From a virus: a stretch of DNA of 64,000 bases. The position numbers and the translations under genes are program-made. The notes under the pieces were generated by a model that saw only the letters and a program-made list of their open reading frames with translations, did not search any database and was not told where the DNA came from. Shown here piece by piece: positions 1 to 9,516 of this stretch (its first letter is position 1; each line of letters begins with the position of its first letter). The stretch lies in IMG/VR virus record IMGVR_UViG_3300008117_000001; one strand, given 5' to 3'.

Positions 1-2
1 AG

Positions 3-251
3 CAGCATACGGATTTAAATGATGCGGTCGAAGCAATAGAAACTGTCCTAGGCTTAAGTCCGGCAGGAGTGCATTTAACGGTTAAAGATAGAATAATTTC
101 AGCAGAATCAGCTATAGCTGCCCAATCGGTTTTAAATGGTTTAACTGATGTTACTATAACATCAGCAAATCCAGGTGATGTTCTGCGTTATAACGGCTCA
201 GCTTGGGTAAATTATGATGAAGAAAATCTTGTTGATGGAGGAAACTTTTAA
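3..251 (+). CDS. 5'-truncated virion appendage/fibre-associated protein
   Basis: The frame is open from position 3 ([31 protein letters not shown]...), so the track GTG start at 69 is internal. It contains a [22 protein letters not shown] segment typical of phage fibre repeats and ends DGGNF, like the next gene (DGGTF). Confidence 0.6.
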   Translation, partial: QHTDLNDAVEAIETVLGLSPAGVHLTVKDRIISAESAIAAQSVLNGLTDVTITSANPGDVLRYNGSAWVNYDEENLVDGGNF

Positions 252-253
252 CA

Positions 254-2353
254 ATGGCTAATACAATTAGAATCAAAAGAAGGGCTTCCGGAGCATCTGG
301 TGCACCGAGTAGTTTGGAGAACGCAGAACTAGCTTTTAATGAAGTTGATGATGTTCTTTATTACGGTAAAGGCGTTGGGGGCGCAGGCGGAAGCGCCACT
401 ACAGTTGAAGCAATCGGTGGCAAAGGCGCATTTGTCGGACTTGCCGGAACTCAAACTATTACTGGAAATAAAACATTTTCTGGCACAGTTGCACTTGGTT
501 CATCTGCAAGCGCTACAACTAAATCAGCAGGAGACAATAGCACGGCAGTTGCTACAACAGCTTATGTAGATTCGGCAATAACAGCTGCATCATATACTTT
601 TACTCTGGCTGGAGATTCTGGAACTAGCCAAACAATTGATGATAATGAAACTGTAACAATTGCAGGTGGAACAGGCCTTTCTTCGGTCGCTTCATCAACA
701 AACACTGTAACCATAAATCTAGATAATACGACTGTAACAGCAGGAGCATATGGTTCTGCAACTCAAATTCCAACATTCACAGTCGACGCACAGGGTAGAT
801 TAACAGCAGCTAGCTATGAGTCAATCTCTACATCATTAACTGTCGGCGCAGATTCTGGAACAGCAGATTCAGTAGCTTTAGCAACTGATACATTGACTTT
901 TAGTGGCGGAGAAGGAATTGATACAGCTGTAACAAATAACACTATTACAATATCTGGAGAAGATGCAACGACATCAAATAAGGGAATCGCATCTTTTAGT
1001 TCCGATAGCTTTTCTGTTAGTTCTGGCGCCGTAAGTATTAAGCCTAGCGGAGTAAGTAATTCTCAGTTAGTTAATTCATCTATAACAATTGGATCAACAT
1101 CCGTATCCTTAGGTTCAACCAGCAATACGCTTGCTGGCCTGCAGCAGGTAGATATTGACAATATTCGCATTGATGGGAATACAATTTCCGCAACTGATAC
1201 TAATGGTGGAATTTCATTGGACCCAAATGGAACAGGTCACGTTTCTGTTAATAGTGCAAGAATAGAAAATCTTGCAAATCCAGAAAATCCCCAAGATGCC
1301 GCCACTAAAGCTTATGTTGATTCTGCAACCCAAGGTTTACATATTCACGCTACTGTTAAGGCTGCTACTGGAGCTACTTTGGCCAGCATAACTGGCGGAA
1401 CTGTTACATATGATAATGGAACAGATGGCGTTGGAGCTACCCTTACTTTAGGAACTGCTTTAACAGCATTAGATAATTACAATCTCCAAAATGGTGACAG
1501 AATTCTAGTTAAGAATCAGGCAACCGCAGCACACAACGGTATTTATAGATGGGCTACTGGTGGCACAGTACTAACAAGAGCTACTGACTTTGATACAGCA
1601 GCAGAAATTGCTGGTGGCGACTTCGTATTCGTTGATAGTGGAGACAATTATGCCAATACTGGCTGGGTAACTGCAGACGAAGTTAATACAGTTGGAACAG
1701 ACGCAGTTAACTGGATTCAATTCTCTGGTGCAGGAACATATCTTGCTGGAACCGGATTAGTATTAGATGGTTCTACTTTTAATATCAATTTAGCTACAAA
1801 CAGTGGCTTATTAATTACGTCAGATGAATTACAGGTAAATAGCACAATAGCTGGAAATGGTTTAACTTTTAGCAATGGCGTCATTGCTGTTGGTGGAACT
1901 TCTGACAGAATATCTGTAACTTCAGACGCAATAGATATTGCTTCAACTTATGCCGGACAGTCGAGTATTACTACCTTAGGGACAATTACGACAGGCACAT
2001 GGAATGGTACAACTATAGCGATAGCCAATGGTGGAACTGGCTCAACTAATGCATCAGATGCAAGAACTGCATTAGGTCTTGCTATTGGAACAAACGTTCA
2101 GGCATATGACGCCGAACTGGCTGCCATAGCTGGACTAACATCAGCAGCAGATAGACTTCCATACTTTACTGGTTCTGGTACAGCCGCACTTGCTACATTT
2201 ACTTCATTTGGTAGATCACTAGTCGATGATGCAGACGCATCTGCTGCAAGAACAACTCTAGGATTAGGGACAATTGCTACACAAAACTCAAACAACGTTT
2301 CAATTACAGGTGGATCAATTGATGGAATCACAATAGATGGTGGGACATTCTGA
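254..2353 (+). CDS. Tail fibre protein (699 aa)
   Basis: N-terminus [38 protein letters not shown] is typical of fibre N-terminal domains. Rich in T/S/G/A, with two AYVDSA motifs, a GDRILVKNQ...NGIY block and an [17 protein letters not shown] block, all recurrent in phage fibres. Confidence 0.8.
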   Translation: MANTIRIKRRASGASGAPSSLENAELAFNEVDDVLYYGKGVGGAGGSATTVEAIGGKGAFVGLAGTQTITGNKTFSGTVALGSSASATTKSAGDNSTAVATTAYVDSAITAASYTFTLAGDSGTSQTIDDNETVTIAGGTGLSSVASSTNTVTINLDNTTVTAGAYGSATQIPTFTVDAQGRLTAASYESISTSLTVGADSGTADSVALATDTLTFSGGEGIDTAVTNNTITISGEDATTSNKGIASFSSDSFSVSSGAVSIKPSGVSNSQLVNSSITIGSTSVSLGSTSNTLAGLQQVDIDNIRIDGNTISATDTNGGISLDPNGTGHVSVNSARIENLANPENPQDAATKAYVDSATQGLHIHATVKAATGATLASITGGTVTYDNGTDGVGATLTLGTALTALDNYNLQNGDRILVKNQATAAHNGIYRWATGGTVLTRATDFDTAAEIAGGDFVFVDSGDNYANTGWVTADEVNTVGTDAVNWIQFSGAGTYLAGTGLVLDGSTFNINLATNSGLLITSDELQVNSTIAGNGLTFSNGVIAVGGTSDRISVTSDAIDIASTYAGQSSITTLGTITTGTWNGTTIAIANGGTGSTNASDARTALGLAIGTNVQAYDAELAAIAGLTSAADRLPYFTGSGTAALATFTSFGRSLVDDADASAARTTLGLGTIATQNSNNVSITGGSIDGITIDGGTF
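593..961 (+). repeat. Two imperfect about 44-aa repeats inside the tail fibre
   Basis: [44 protein letters not shown] (593-724) versus [44 protein letters not shown] (830-961). Confidence 0.6.
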
Positions 2354-2369
2354 CGTTAAAGGAATATGA

Positions 2370-2822
2370 ATGAAATATGATGGTGATATAACATATAATC
2401 AAGAACATTATCAGTATAATGGATTATATGTAGTATCTCCGCAGGCCTTTGGTCTAACTCCTACATTTGGTAATTTAAATTTATTAAAAGTAATTGTATT
2501 AAAGCCACCTTCTATAACAAGTACATTAGTTTTTGTTCCTTCTCCTTCGGTAATAATACCAACGGGTGTTATAGAAAATTCAGAAACTTCTTCATCAATA
2601 GATTTTTCTGCATTTAATGGATACGGATCAATAGAATTTGATAAAATTAACGCAGACGCATATGCAATATCTGGTTCGCAAGGAATTAATCCAGATAGTT
2701 CTGGTTATGTAGCTATATCCGTAGATAAAAATGAATCCTATGCATTTGCAACTGCAGATACTATAGTTTTTGATAAAAATTCTGCTGGAACAATAGACGT
2801 TACTATTATATCTAACGTATAA
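2370..2822 (+). CDS. Hypothetical virion protein (150 aa)
   Basis: AAGGA RBS before the ATG; beta-rich composition; lies between fibre and neck genes. No family recognised. Confidence 0.55.
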   Translation: MKYDGDITYNQEHYQYNGLYVVSPQAFGLTPTFGNLNLLKVIVLKPPSITSTLVFVPSPSVIIPTGVIENSETSSSIDFSAFNGYGSIEFDKINADAYAISGSQGINPDSSGYVAISVDKNESYAFATADTIVFDKNSAGTIDVTIISNV

Positions 2823-2838
2823 ATAAATAAGGGGTTTT

Positions 2839-3741
2839 ATGTCTACAGACAGAATTGTAATAAATGATACAGTCAGAATAACGGTTAAGTTTAAAGATAT
2901 AGACACTTCAGGTAATGAAGTTGACCTATCTCCAGTTCCACCTGTAACTGTTGTTATAAAAAATTCAGCAGGCAGCATAGTTGAATCTGGTAATGCTACT
3001 GCTAGTTCTTCTTCTGTTTATATATATGATTTTACGGCATCTTCTGCAGATACGTATTCTGTTAAATTTACCGGAACTTTAAGTAGTGGCAACTCGGTTG
3101 TTGTTGAGCAAAAATTGTATGTTAGCTCAACAGTCACAGAATATCAGCCAACAATAACCCTCAAATCTGATGAAACAATTATTTTTGCACCAGATGTTAC
3201 TCCGCTATACTTAGATCCGGAAGAGTTAATTCCGTATTTCCCAGACGCTTCGTTATTGGAGATAGGCGAAATAGTGCATAATTACTCTAATGAAGTTAAG
3301 GCTTTATATAATCTCCTGGACGAAGAGGATGGCTCTGGTTTATCTTTTACTGTATTGGAATACATTAAGGCATCAGCAGCATGTGAGCTTAGTAGGACTT
3401 ATGGATTTGGTGGAGATGATGAGGTTTCTGTTCGTTTGGGTGATTTTTCGCTAACTAATAGATCAGTGCCAAGAGCCAAGGTAACCAGAGATAACGCAAC
3501 GACATGGTGTCAAATAGCTGCTTCTTTAAGAAAGGAAATATTAGCTGGAAAAGTGGGCCCAAAGGGATTCCAAATGAAGAATCTGCCCAGCGGAGGGCTC
3601 CCAGTGACTTCGGGCAAGATTCCAGAAGTGGAAACTGGCAAAATAGTTTACTTGTCGGATAGAGAATTGTACGGCCCAGGAAGAAGCGTCCCACCTCAAG
3701 ATGACCCCATGCCAAGAAGAGGTTTCAAGAAGTATGATTGA
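2839..3741 (+). CDS. Head-tail adaptor-like neck protein with N-terminal Ig-like domain
   Basis: First about 100 aa show an Ig-like strand pattern (VRITVKFKD...YIYDFT...YSVKFTG). The C-terminal half has a helical segment (EYIKASAACELS) followed by SVRLGDFSLTN, resembling head-tail connector proteins. Position precedes a stopper-like gene. Confidence 0.5.
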   Translation: MSTDRIVINDTVRITVKFKDIDTSGNEVDLSPVPPVTVVIKNSAGSIVESGNATASSSSVYIYDFTASSADTYSVKFTGTLSSGNSVVVEQKLYVSSTVTEYQPTITLKSDETIIFAPDVTPLYLDPEELIPYFPDASLLEIGEIVHNYSNEVKALYNLLDEEDGSGLSFTVLEYIKASAACELSRTYGFGGDDEVSVRLGDFSLTNRSVPRAKVTRDNATTWCQIAASLRKEILAGKVGPKGFQMKNLPSGGLPVTSGKIPEVETGKIVYLSDRELYGPGRSVPPQDDPMPRRGFKKYD

Positions 3742-4105
3742 TATAAAAAGAAGTTTTAAAAAAGTTCTTCGAGAATGGGGCCATGATGTTTATATACAAA
3801 GAATATTATCAAATGGTAATCATTCAAGCAAATTCGAAAGAGTTACAACTCGACAAGTTGGTCAATCTGGAGTAAGCAATTCGCTATCCACTACAGAGGC
3901 CCAAGATGGTTTGTTTACAAAATACGATGCAGTCTATTATTTTGAAGACCACATTAACCCAAAAGAGGGCGACAGAATATACGAAAATTTTTCTTTAAAA
4001 GTAAATAAAAATTACACCATGTTTACAGTAGACGCTGTTACTGCAATGAGGGGACGCATGGGTAAGATAGACTATTGGGTCGTGGGCGCTACAAGAGAGA
4101 AGTAA
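3734..4105 (+). CDS. Head-closure/stopper-like neck protein
   Basis: ATG at 3734 overlaps the upstream stop and is preferred over 3701. Beta-barrel-like pattern (HDVYIQR...AVYYFE...PKEGDRIYE...FTVDAV...RGRMGKIDYWVVGA) fits gp16-like stoppers; synteny supports it. Confidence 0.55.
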   Translation: MIDIKRSFKKVLREWGHDVYIQRILSNGNHSSKFERVTTRQVGQSGVSNSLSTTEAQDGLFTKYDAVYYFEDHINPKEGDRIYENFSLKVNKNYTMFTVDAVTAMRGRMGKIDYWVVGATREK

Positions 4106-4106
4106 A

Positions 4107-5702
4107 ATGATAGTTTTATCAAAAGGTCAGACGGCACAATTTAAATTTATTTTTACAGACTATGATGGATCTATCTATGATCCAGCAAATCTTTCTACTC
4201 CAGTAGATGTTGTAGTTTATGTATTAAGAGGCGACACTGGTTCTGGCCCCGTAATTGATGGTCCATTCTCCCTTCTTCTAGATAATGGAAATGAAAATGA
4301 TAATTCAATAGTCAGATCAGCAGTTGGCGAGTATACCTTTACATATAAAGTTCCAGAAAATTTATATGAATATGTTTATACAATAATAGCCAGAACAAGC
4401 AGTACTGCGCAAAACATAAACGCTACAGCGACTTTTCAGGTAAAAAATTCTGTAACATCTGTTTCTTCGGTAACAATAACTTCACCAAAATCATCTGTCG
4501 TCAACTATAAGCCAACCTATCAGCAGTTAGATAGAAGAAACACAAGCACAATATTATTGCTTGGTCACGCTGACGGCATGAGATTAAACTATCCTATTAG
4601 AATTAATTCGATTCAACATGCAGTTGATTTGATGGGCGCCAATACAAATAGCCCTCTTTTGAGAGGAGTCTTAGACGCCTATTCATGTGGGGCTAGAGAT
4701 ATTATGATTTGCGCTGTCGCTCCAATGTCGGAATATGTGGATAGCTACGCTCAAAGAAACTTATCCACAACAGTATTCTCTATTAACGACGCTACGCCAG
4801 GTACTCAAAGCACTTTCTACGAAAGATACTATGACCGCCTAGAGCAAGCATACGCAGATATAATTGATTTAGATTTTGTTGATATTGTAGTTCCATTAGA
4901 AGCTAGTATTATGAATACTGGTGGAGTAGATTTTGTTACTCAATTGGCTAATTACTGTTCTTCTTTTCATAATTCTACTGGCTTTATTCAGATGGGAGTT
5001 ATTGGTTCAAGATCTGATGGAGTAAAGTCTTCGGACATATCTATTTTGGAAGCTAATCCATTATTTACTAATAAATTCACTACTTATCTAGATGGCCAAA
5101 TAGCGTCTGATAAAGGTAGATACGTGGTTCCGATTTATGGCGAATTAGTTTTCCAGCATCCACAAATTAAAATTAGCTATACCTCCAGTGCCGCAGCAGC
5201 ATACGCTGGCATGATCGCAGCGAATCAGCAAGCTAAGGCAATTATTCGTACTAGAGTGCCAGGAGCGCTATCTTTATTTGGGACAGATTTAACATATTCA
5301 GATTATGAGAGATTAGAAGCTATAGGAGTGAACACTGTCTATAGGGGAAGAAAAACCAGAAGAGCTGTTCCTTTTGAGATATATGTTACCAATGAGTACA
5401 CTATGGCCCATGAGGAATCTGTGTTTAGCAAGCTCTTTCAAATGAGACTAGTTGCTGCAGTTGTTAGCGAAATTAAGGGAATAGCAGCTTCTGGTCATGA
5501 TTTGCTAGCATTTGACAGTATTATAGATGATACTAAAAAATATTTACAATATTTAAAAACTAATAAAGCTATACTAGATTATTCTTTTAATGCAAGATTT
5601 TCTGATACAACAAAGGAAAAATTAATTTTTGATATTGAATTAATATCATATTTTGCTATTAAAAAGATTAACTTTTCTTTAGCAGCTGGTCCAGGAGCTT
5701 GA
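4107..5702 (+). CDS. Tail-sheath-like protein (paralog) with N-terminal Ig-like domain
   Basis: From about 4545: ILLLGHADG...AVDLMGANTNSPLLRGVLDAYSCGARDIMICAV, then LDFVDIVVP, SAAAAYAGMIA, LEAIGVNTV and C-terminal RLVAAVVSEIK...YLQYLKTNKAILDYSF, paralleling the blocks of the major sheath at 6680. Confidence 0.7.
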   Translation: MIVLSKGQTAQFKFIFTDYDGSIYDPANLSTPVDVVVYVLRGDTGSGPVIDGPFSLLLDNGNENDNSIVRSAVGEYTFTYKVPENLYEYVYTIIARTSSTAQNINATATFQVKNSVTSVSSVTITSPKSSVVNYKPTYQQLDRRNTSTILLLGHADGMRLNYPIRINSIQHAVDLMGANTNSPLLRGVLDAYSCGARDIMICAVAPMSEYVDSYAQRNLSTTVFSINDATPGTQSTFYERYYDRLEQAYADIIDLDFVDIVVPLEASIMNTGGVDFVTQLANYCSSFHNSTGFIQMGVIGSRSDGVKSSDISILEANPLFTNKFTTYLDGQIASDKGRYVVPIYGELVFQHPQIKISYTSSAAAAYAGMIAANQQAKAIIRTRVPGALSLFGTDLTYSDYERLEAIGVNTVYRGRKTRRAVPFEIYVTNEYTMAHEESVFSKLFQMRLVAAVVSEIKGIAASGHDLLAFDSIIDDTKKYLQYLKTNKAILDYSFNARFSDTTKEKLIFDIELISYFAIKKINFSLAAGPGA

Positions 5703-5703
5703 T

Positions 5704-6567
5704 ATGGCATACATTAATAGAGATTTTCCTAGTTTTTCAGAAAACCTTAGATACGGTTATCCTCAGCTTCAAGCCCCTGGATATAGAAGATTAGATCAAG
5801 ATGGTGTAGAGGAAGTATATTCTGGCAATCTAAGCTATCTAGATTTCATTGGTTTAGTTAAAAAACTTTGGGAAGAAAGCTATCCAGCAATACCAATATT
5901 GCCACTAAGTGTAAATAGAGAAACTTCTGTAACTTATAAAGATAATGGTGGAACCGACGTTACTTCTGGAGATCTCTCTTCTGCCCCGTCTTCAACCTAT
6001 GTTGGCCTAGATGAGTTTCCTGCAATTATAGGATATCACTTAGAGTTAAGAAAGGCTCATACAACAGAGCCAAAGCCAAGAATGAGACAAAATGTGCTAT
6101 CTAACACAGTGACTATTTATGGCCAACGTTTTCAGAATATTGTTGGCTTTACTGTAATGTCTAAAGTTGGCACCTTTCAGGGTTCCAATGGAGCAACAAC
6201 TAGAGATGACCTAGATGCAGCAGTTCTATGTGATCAGGTAATTGAGGCATTTGAAGATTTCATGTTGGAATATACATCAATTTTCAAATCCGCCGGAGCA
6301 TCTGAATTGGTCTATTCTAGGCGTTTGTCTGATTCCGAGATTAATCGTGAAGGAAAAGACGTTCATAAGAGAACTGTTACATATATGTTAACTACGGAAA
6401 AGACTTTTGCAATGTCTAATAGAAGAATTGAGCAGATTGTAGTTGACGCTAGAACCTGGATGGCATATGAGAAGCAGTTACTTAGAGATCAGTTGGCTAC
6501 CCCTAATTACGAGGGTACAACTGGGAATATTATCGATCTATTCCAGACTGCAACTCCTAACGTCTGA
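5704..6567 (+). CDS. Tail terminator/completion-like protein
   Basis: Lies immediately upstream of the sheath; the pattern PAIIGYHLELR...KPRMRQ...YGQRFQNIVGFTV...EAFEDFMLEY...KRTVTYMLTTE is consistent with tail terminator folds. Assignment rests largely on synteny. Confidence 0.55.
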   Translation: MAYINRDFPSFSENLRYGYPQLQAPGYRRLDQDGVEEVYSGNLSYLDFIGLVKKLWEESYPAIPILPLSVNRETSVTYKDNGGTDVTSGDLSSAPSSTYVGLDEFPAIIGYHLELRKAHTTEPKPRMRQNVLSNTVTIYGQRFQNIVGFTVMSKVGTFQGSNGATTRDDLDAAVLCDQVIEAFEDFMLEYTSIFKSAGASELVYSRRLSDSEINREGKDVHKRTVTYMLTTEKTFAMSNRRIEQIVVDARTWMAYEKQLLRDQLATPNYEGTTGNIIDLFQTATPNV

Positions 6568-6626
6568 AATGGTGTATAGAAAAATCCTGCCAGTTTAACT
6601 TTGTAGTTGTTTTTATAAGTTATGTG

Positions 6627-6635
6627 TTACTATAA
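6627..6635 (+). promoter_or_regulatory. Candidate late-promoter motif TTACTATAA upstream of the sheath gene
   Basis: In the 112-nt intergenic gap, 45 nt before the sheath ATG; an identical 9-mer occurs at 59187-59195 in another intergenic gap. Confidence 0.45.
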
Positions 6636-6679
6636 CTGAAGATTCAAAAAAGTTTATTATTTGGAGGATTGAAACCAAT

Positions 6680-7942
6680 ATGGCTATACCTGGAGTAAAA
6701 ACATTAATTAGAGATCGCTTCTACAGTGTGTCGCGTCAGGATACACCTGTTGGTCCTAGAATAGTAGCGATAGCACGTCGTAGCACGGCTAACAATACTG
6801 GTTCAGTAGCAGATCTTGACGTTGTAAGAGTAACTAACGAGGCTGATGTAATCACCGCTTTTGGAGATGGATCAGACGCTCACCGTGCATATCTAGAGCT
6901 AGTTTTGGCTGGAGCTGGAAGAATTTATATTGTACCACTTCCTTCTGATACAAAGTGGGACACTGATCCGGATAGCCCTGTATCTACTGGAACTGTAACT
7001 AGCGTAAGTTATGGTGGCTCGGTTTTCGACGCTGCCTTTATTGCAGCAGAAGCTGCTATTCCCGACATTATTATTCCTTGGGGAAGAGGCGCTCACCCAG
7101 ACGATTGGCAGAGCCCAGCTACGCCTAGCGATGACGCAAAAATTGGCTTTGTTGCAGATAATACGTCAACCCCATCAAGCAACTGGGCCTATCAGGTAGC
7201 TGCAAAGGTGAAGGATATTTCTGAAAACATCAACCCTTGCATCGCAATCATGGGAGTCAAGCCATACGTTTCAACAACAGAAACTATGACTCCTGGTCAA
7301 GTTTCTACACATTTGGCACTGACAAATCTTCCCGACAGAAATGCTAGCGCTTCCTTCAAGGAAGTTGGCCCATATGTGGTTGTAGTCGCTGCGGAAATCA
7401 AGCCCGTAAACTATCAGTCTGGAACAACAGAGTTTGGTTACGCTAACGGAGCCGCTCATGTTGCTGGCGCTTTAAGCTTGCTTCCTTCATATAGTTCACT
7501 AGTAAATAAGGCTCTCTACAATGTAGAGGCTGTTCGTTATGCCCCTTCTAGAACTCAGCAGACTGCTCTCGCTACTAAGGGTGTTAATACTGTTGTCATT
7601 AACTTTAATAAGATTCCAGTATTCGGAGAAGGTTTAACATTTGGTTGGGCAACATCAGACTACACCCGTCTCTCAACAAAGAGAATTGTAGACGACGCCA
7701 CATCAGTTGTAAGACAAGCCTGCCAGAGATTTGTTGGCGAACCATCAAACATTCAAACAAGAAATGCGATGGAGACAGCAATCACTTCTGGCTTGAGAGG
7801 AATGCAAATTGTAGGAGCCTTGCTTGGTAGTGACTTTACAGTCTCGTACATACCAAATGAAAACAAGGCGATTGTAGACCTCATTTTAACACCTGCCTTC
7901 GAACTCAAAGAGATCGAAGTCAGAGTAGCCATTAATCTATAA
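6680..7942 (+). CDS. Major contractile tail sheath protein
   Basis: GGAGG RBS. EADVITAFGDGS...AYLELVLAGAGRIYIV N-domain, ALATKGVNTV, and C-terminal RLSTKRIVDD...RFVGEPSNIQTRNAMETAITSGL...IVDLILTPAFELKEIEVRV, the hallmark sheath C-terminal block. Confidence 0.9.
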   Translation: MAIPGVKTLIRDRFYSVSRQDTPVGPRIVAIARRSTANNTGSVADLDVVRVTNEADVITAFGDGSDAHRAYLELVLAGAGRIYIVPLPSDTKWDTDPDSPVSTGTVTSVSYGGSVFDAAFIAAEAAIPDIIIPWGRGAHPDDWQSPATPSDDAKIGFVADNTSTPSSNWAYQVAAKVKDISENINPCIAIMGVKPYVSTTETMTPGQVSTHLALTNLPDRNASASFKEVGPYVVVVAAEIKPVNYQSGTTEFGYANGAAHVAGALSLLPSYSSLVNKALYNVEAVRYAPSRTQQTALATKGVNTVVINFNKIPVFGEGLTFGWATSDYTRLSTKRIVDDATSVVRQACQRFVGEPSNIQTRNAMETAITSGLRGMQIVGALLGSDFTVSYIPNENKAIVDLILTPAFELKEIEVRVAINL

Positions 7943-7970
7943 TAATTACCGATTAGGAGGGTAAAACAAA

Positions 7971-8633
7971 ATGGCCGCAGAGGAATATACATCAGTAAAT
8001 AAGTATCTCAATACTTATACCACATTCTCAGGTGCAGACATTGTAGCTACATTTGGTGGAGTGGAAATAGGTGCGCTTTCGGGTATCACCTTCTCCGTCA
8101 CTAGAGAAAAGGCTCCAATCTACACCATGGGATCACCCAATCCTCGCTCTTTCTCAAGAGGCAAAAGAGGTATAGCTGGTTCATTGATCTTCACAGTATT
8201 TGATCGCCCAGCTCTATATAAGATGTTAGATCAGAACTATTCGCAAAATAGACCAATGGACTTCTACACCAGAAGCCACAATACACTTCCTGGCGACAAT
8301 GGTCACAGAAGAGGTATTGCTGATGTCAACGAACAGAAGACTGGCGTTGTAAAAAAGGTTCCTTTCTACGCTGACCAGATTCCACCTTTTGACATTACCG
8401 TAACATTTGCCAACGAGTATGGTCAGGCAGCTGTTAGATCAATATTCGGCGTAGAACTTCTTAACGAAGGTTCTGGCGCTTCCATGGACGACATTGTCAT
8501 CGAAGAAACCATGACTTATGTTGCTCGTGAACTTGGTCCTATGTACACAATCAGAAATGACACTCTTGTTGATCCAACCAATTTGGTAGGAATAACACCC
8601 GAGGGATTGAACACAACAATTATCAGACCCTGA
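7971..8633 (+). CDS. Major tail tube protein
   Basis: Directly after the sheath with a strong GGAGGG RBS; FSGADI...ISFSVTREKAPIYTMG...RGKRGIAGSLIF...PPFDITVTFANEYG...YVAR tube-like strand pattern; followed by an intrinsic terminator. Confidence 0.75.
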   Translation: MAAEEYTSVNKYLNTYTTFSGADIVATFGGVEIGALSGITFSVTREKAPIYTMGSPNPRSFSRGKRGIAGSLIFTVFDRPALYKMLDQNYSQNRPMDFYTRSHNTLPGDNGHRRGIADVNEQKTGVVKKVPFYADQIPPFDITVTFANEYGQAAVRSIFGVELLNEGSGASMDDIVIEETMTYVARELGPMYTIRNDTLVDPTNLVGITPEGLNTTIIRP

Positions 8634-8652
8634 TAGTCTTTAGTGTCGTAAG

Positions 8653-8696
8653 AATAGGTGCATGGGAGTTATCTTCCATGCACTTATTTATTTTTT
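8653..8696 (+). terminator. Rho-independent terminator after sheath-tube operon
   Basis: 16-bp stem AATAGGTGCATGGGAG (8653-8668) / CTTCCATGCACTTATT (8673-8688) with two G-U pairs, TTAT loop, then TATTTTTT. Confidence 0.8.
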
Positions 8697-8706
8697 GGAG
8701 ATTTTA

Positions 8707-9504
8707 ATGGCAGAAATTAAGACATTTACTTTTAGAAAAAGTAAACAAGAAGAAGCAGTTCAGCAAAGTGGTAATGACCTTTATGACTGGGAAAAATATC
8801 TATCAACAATGTCATACTCTGGGGCAGACGCTGTTGCGACAATCGTTTTGCCGATTATCGGTCCAGATGGAAATGTTGAGTCTCAAGGCGATTCTATAAA
8901 TCTAGGAGAGTTACAGACTATATCATATTCTGTCCACAGAGAAAATTCCCCAGTAAGAACCCTTGGTCACGTTAATGTTCGGGGCTTTATTAAGGGTGGA
9001 AGAACTATAGCTGGCAGCCTCATCTTTACAGTATTTAACGAATACGCTTTTTATAGAATAAAAGAGTTTAAGCAATATCTGGCAAGAAAAACTGGATACT
9101 TTGCCCCTCTAGCGGACATGTTGCCGCCATTTGATATTGTTATTACATTTTTCAATGAATACGGTCTCGGTTCAAAAATGAAAATATTTGGAGTAACAAT
9201 AGTTGACGAAGGCCAAACCCTGTCTGTAGACGACTTAATTACAGAGCAGACCTACACTTACATGGCTAGAGGAATACAACCACTAGTAAGAATGCCAAAT
9301 GACAGCACTGTATCAAGAGATACTTCTTATACAGATGAAATGAAGGCTAGGGATCAAATTAGTACAAATGTTTTTGGCGATTTGATTATAACGGATCTTG
9401 CTCAGCTACAAAGTCAAGCTGAAGAAACAGCTTATTATAATACAAAATATAATAAACCCACAGTTCCAGCCCAGGTTATTCAGCCTGGAAGATTGCACCT
9501 ATAG
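8707..9504 (+). CDS. Tail tube paralog 2 (minor tube/initiator-like)
   Basis: ATG 8707 after GGAG (the track start at 8662 lies inside the terminator). YSGADAVA...LQTISYSVHRENSPVRTLG...RTIAGSLIFTVF...LPPFDIVITFFNEYG aligns by eye with the 7971 protein. Confidence 0.75.
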   Translation: MAEIKTFTFRKSKQEEAVQQSGNDLYDWEKYLSTMSYSGADAVATIVLPIIGPDGNVESQGDSINLGELQTISYSVHRENSPVRTLGHVNVRGFIKGGRTIAGSLIFTVFNEYAFYRIKEFKQYLARKTGYFAPLADMLPPFDIVITFFNEYGLGSKMKIFGVTIVDEGQTLSVDDLITEQTYTYMARGIQPLVRMPNDSTVSRDTSYTDEMKARDQISTNVFGDLIITDLAQLQSQAEETAYYNTKYNKPTVPAQVIQPGRLHL

Positions 9505-9516
9505 AAAGGTAACGCT

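Noticed and set aside
3701-3733. Track start of the stopper-like gene at 3701
   Set aside because: It would overlap the upstream gene by 41 nt; ATG 3734 gives a typical short overlap and a plausible N-terminus.
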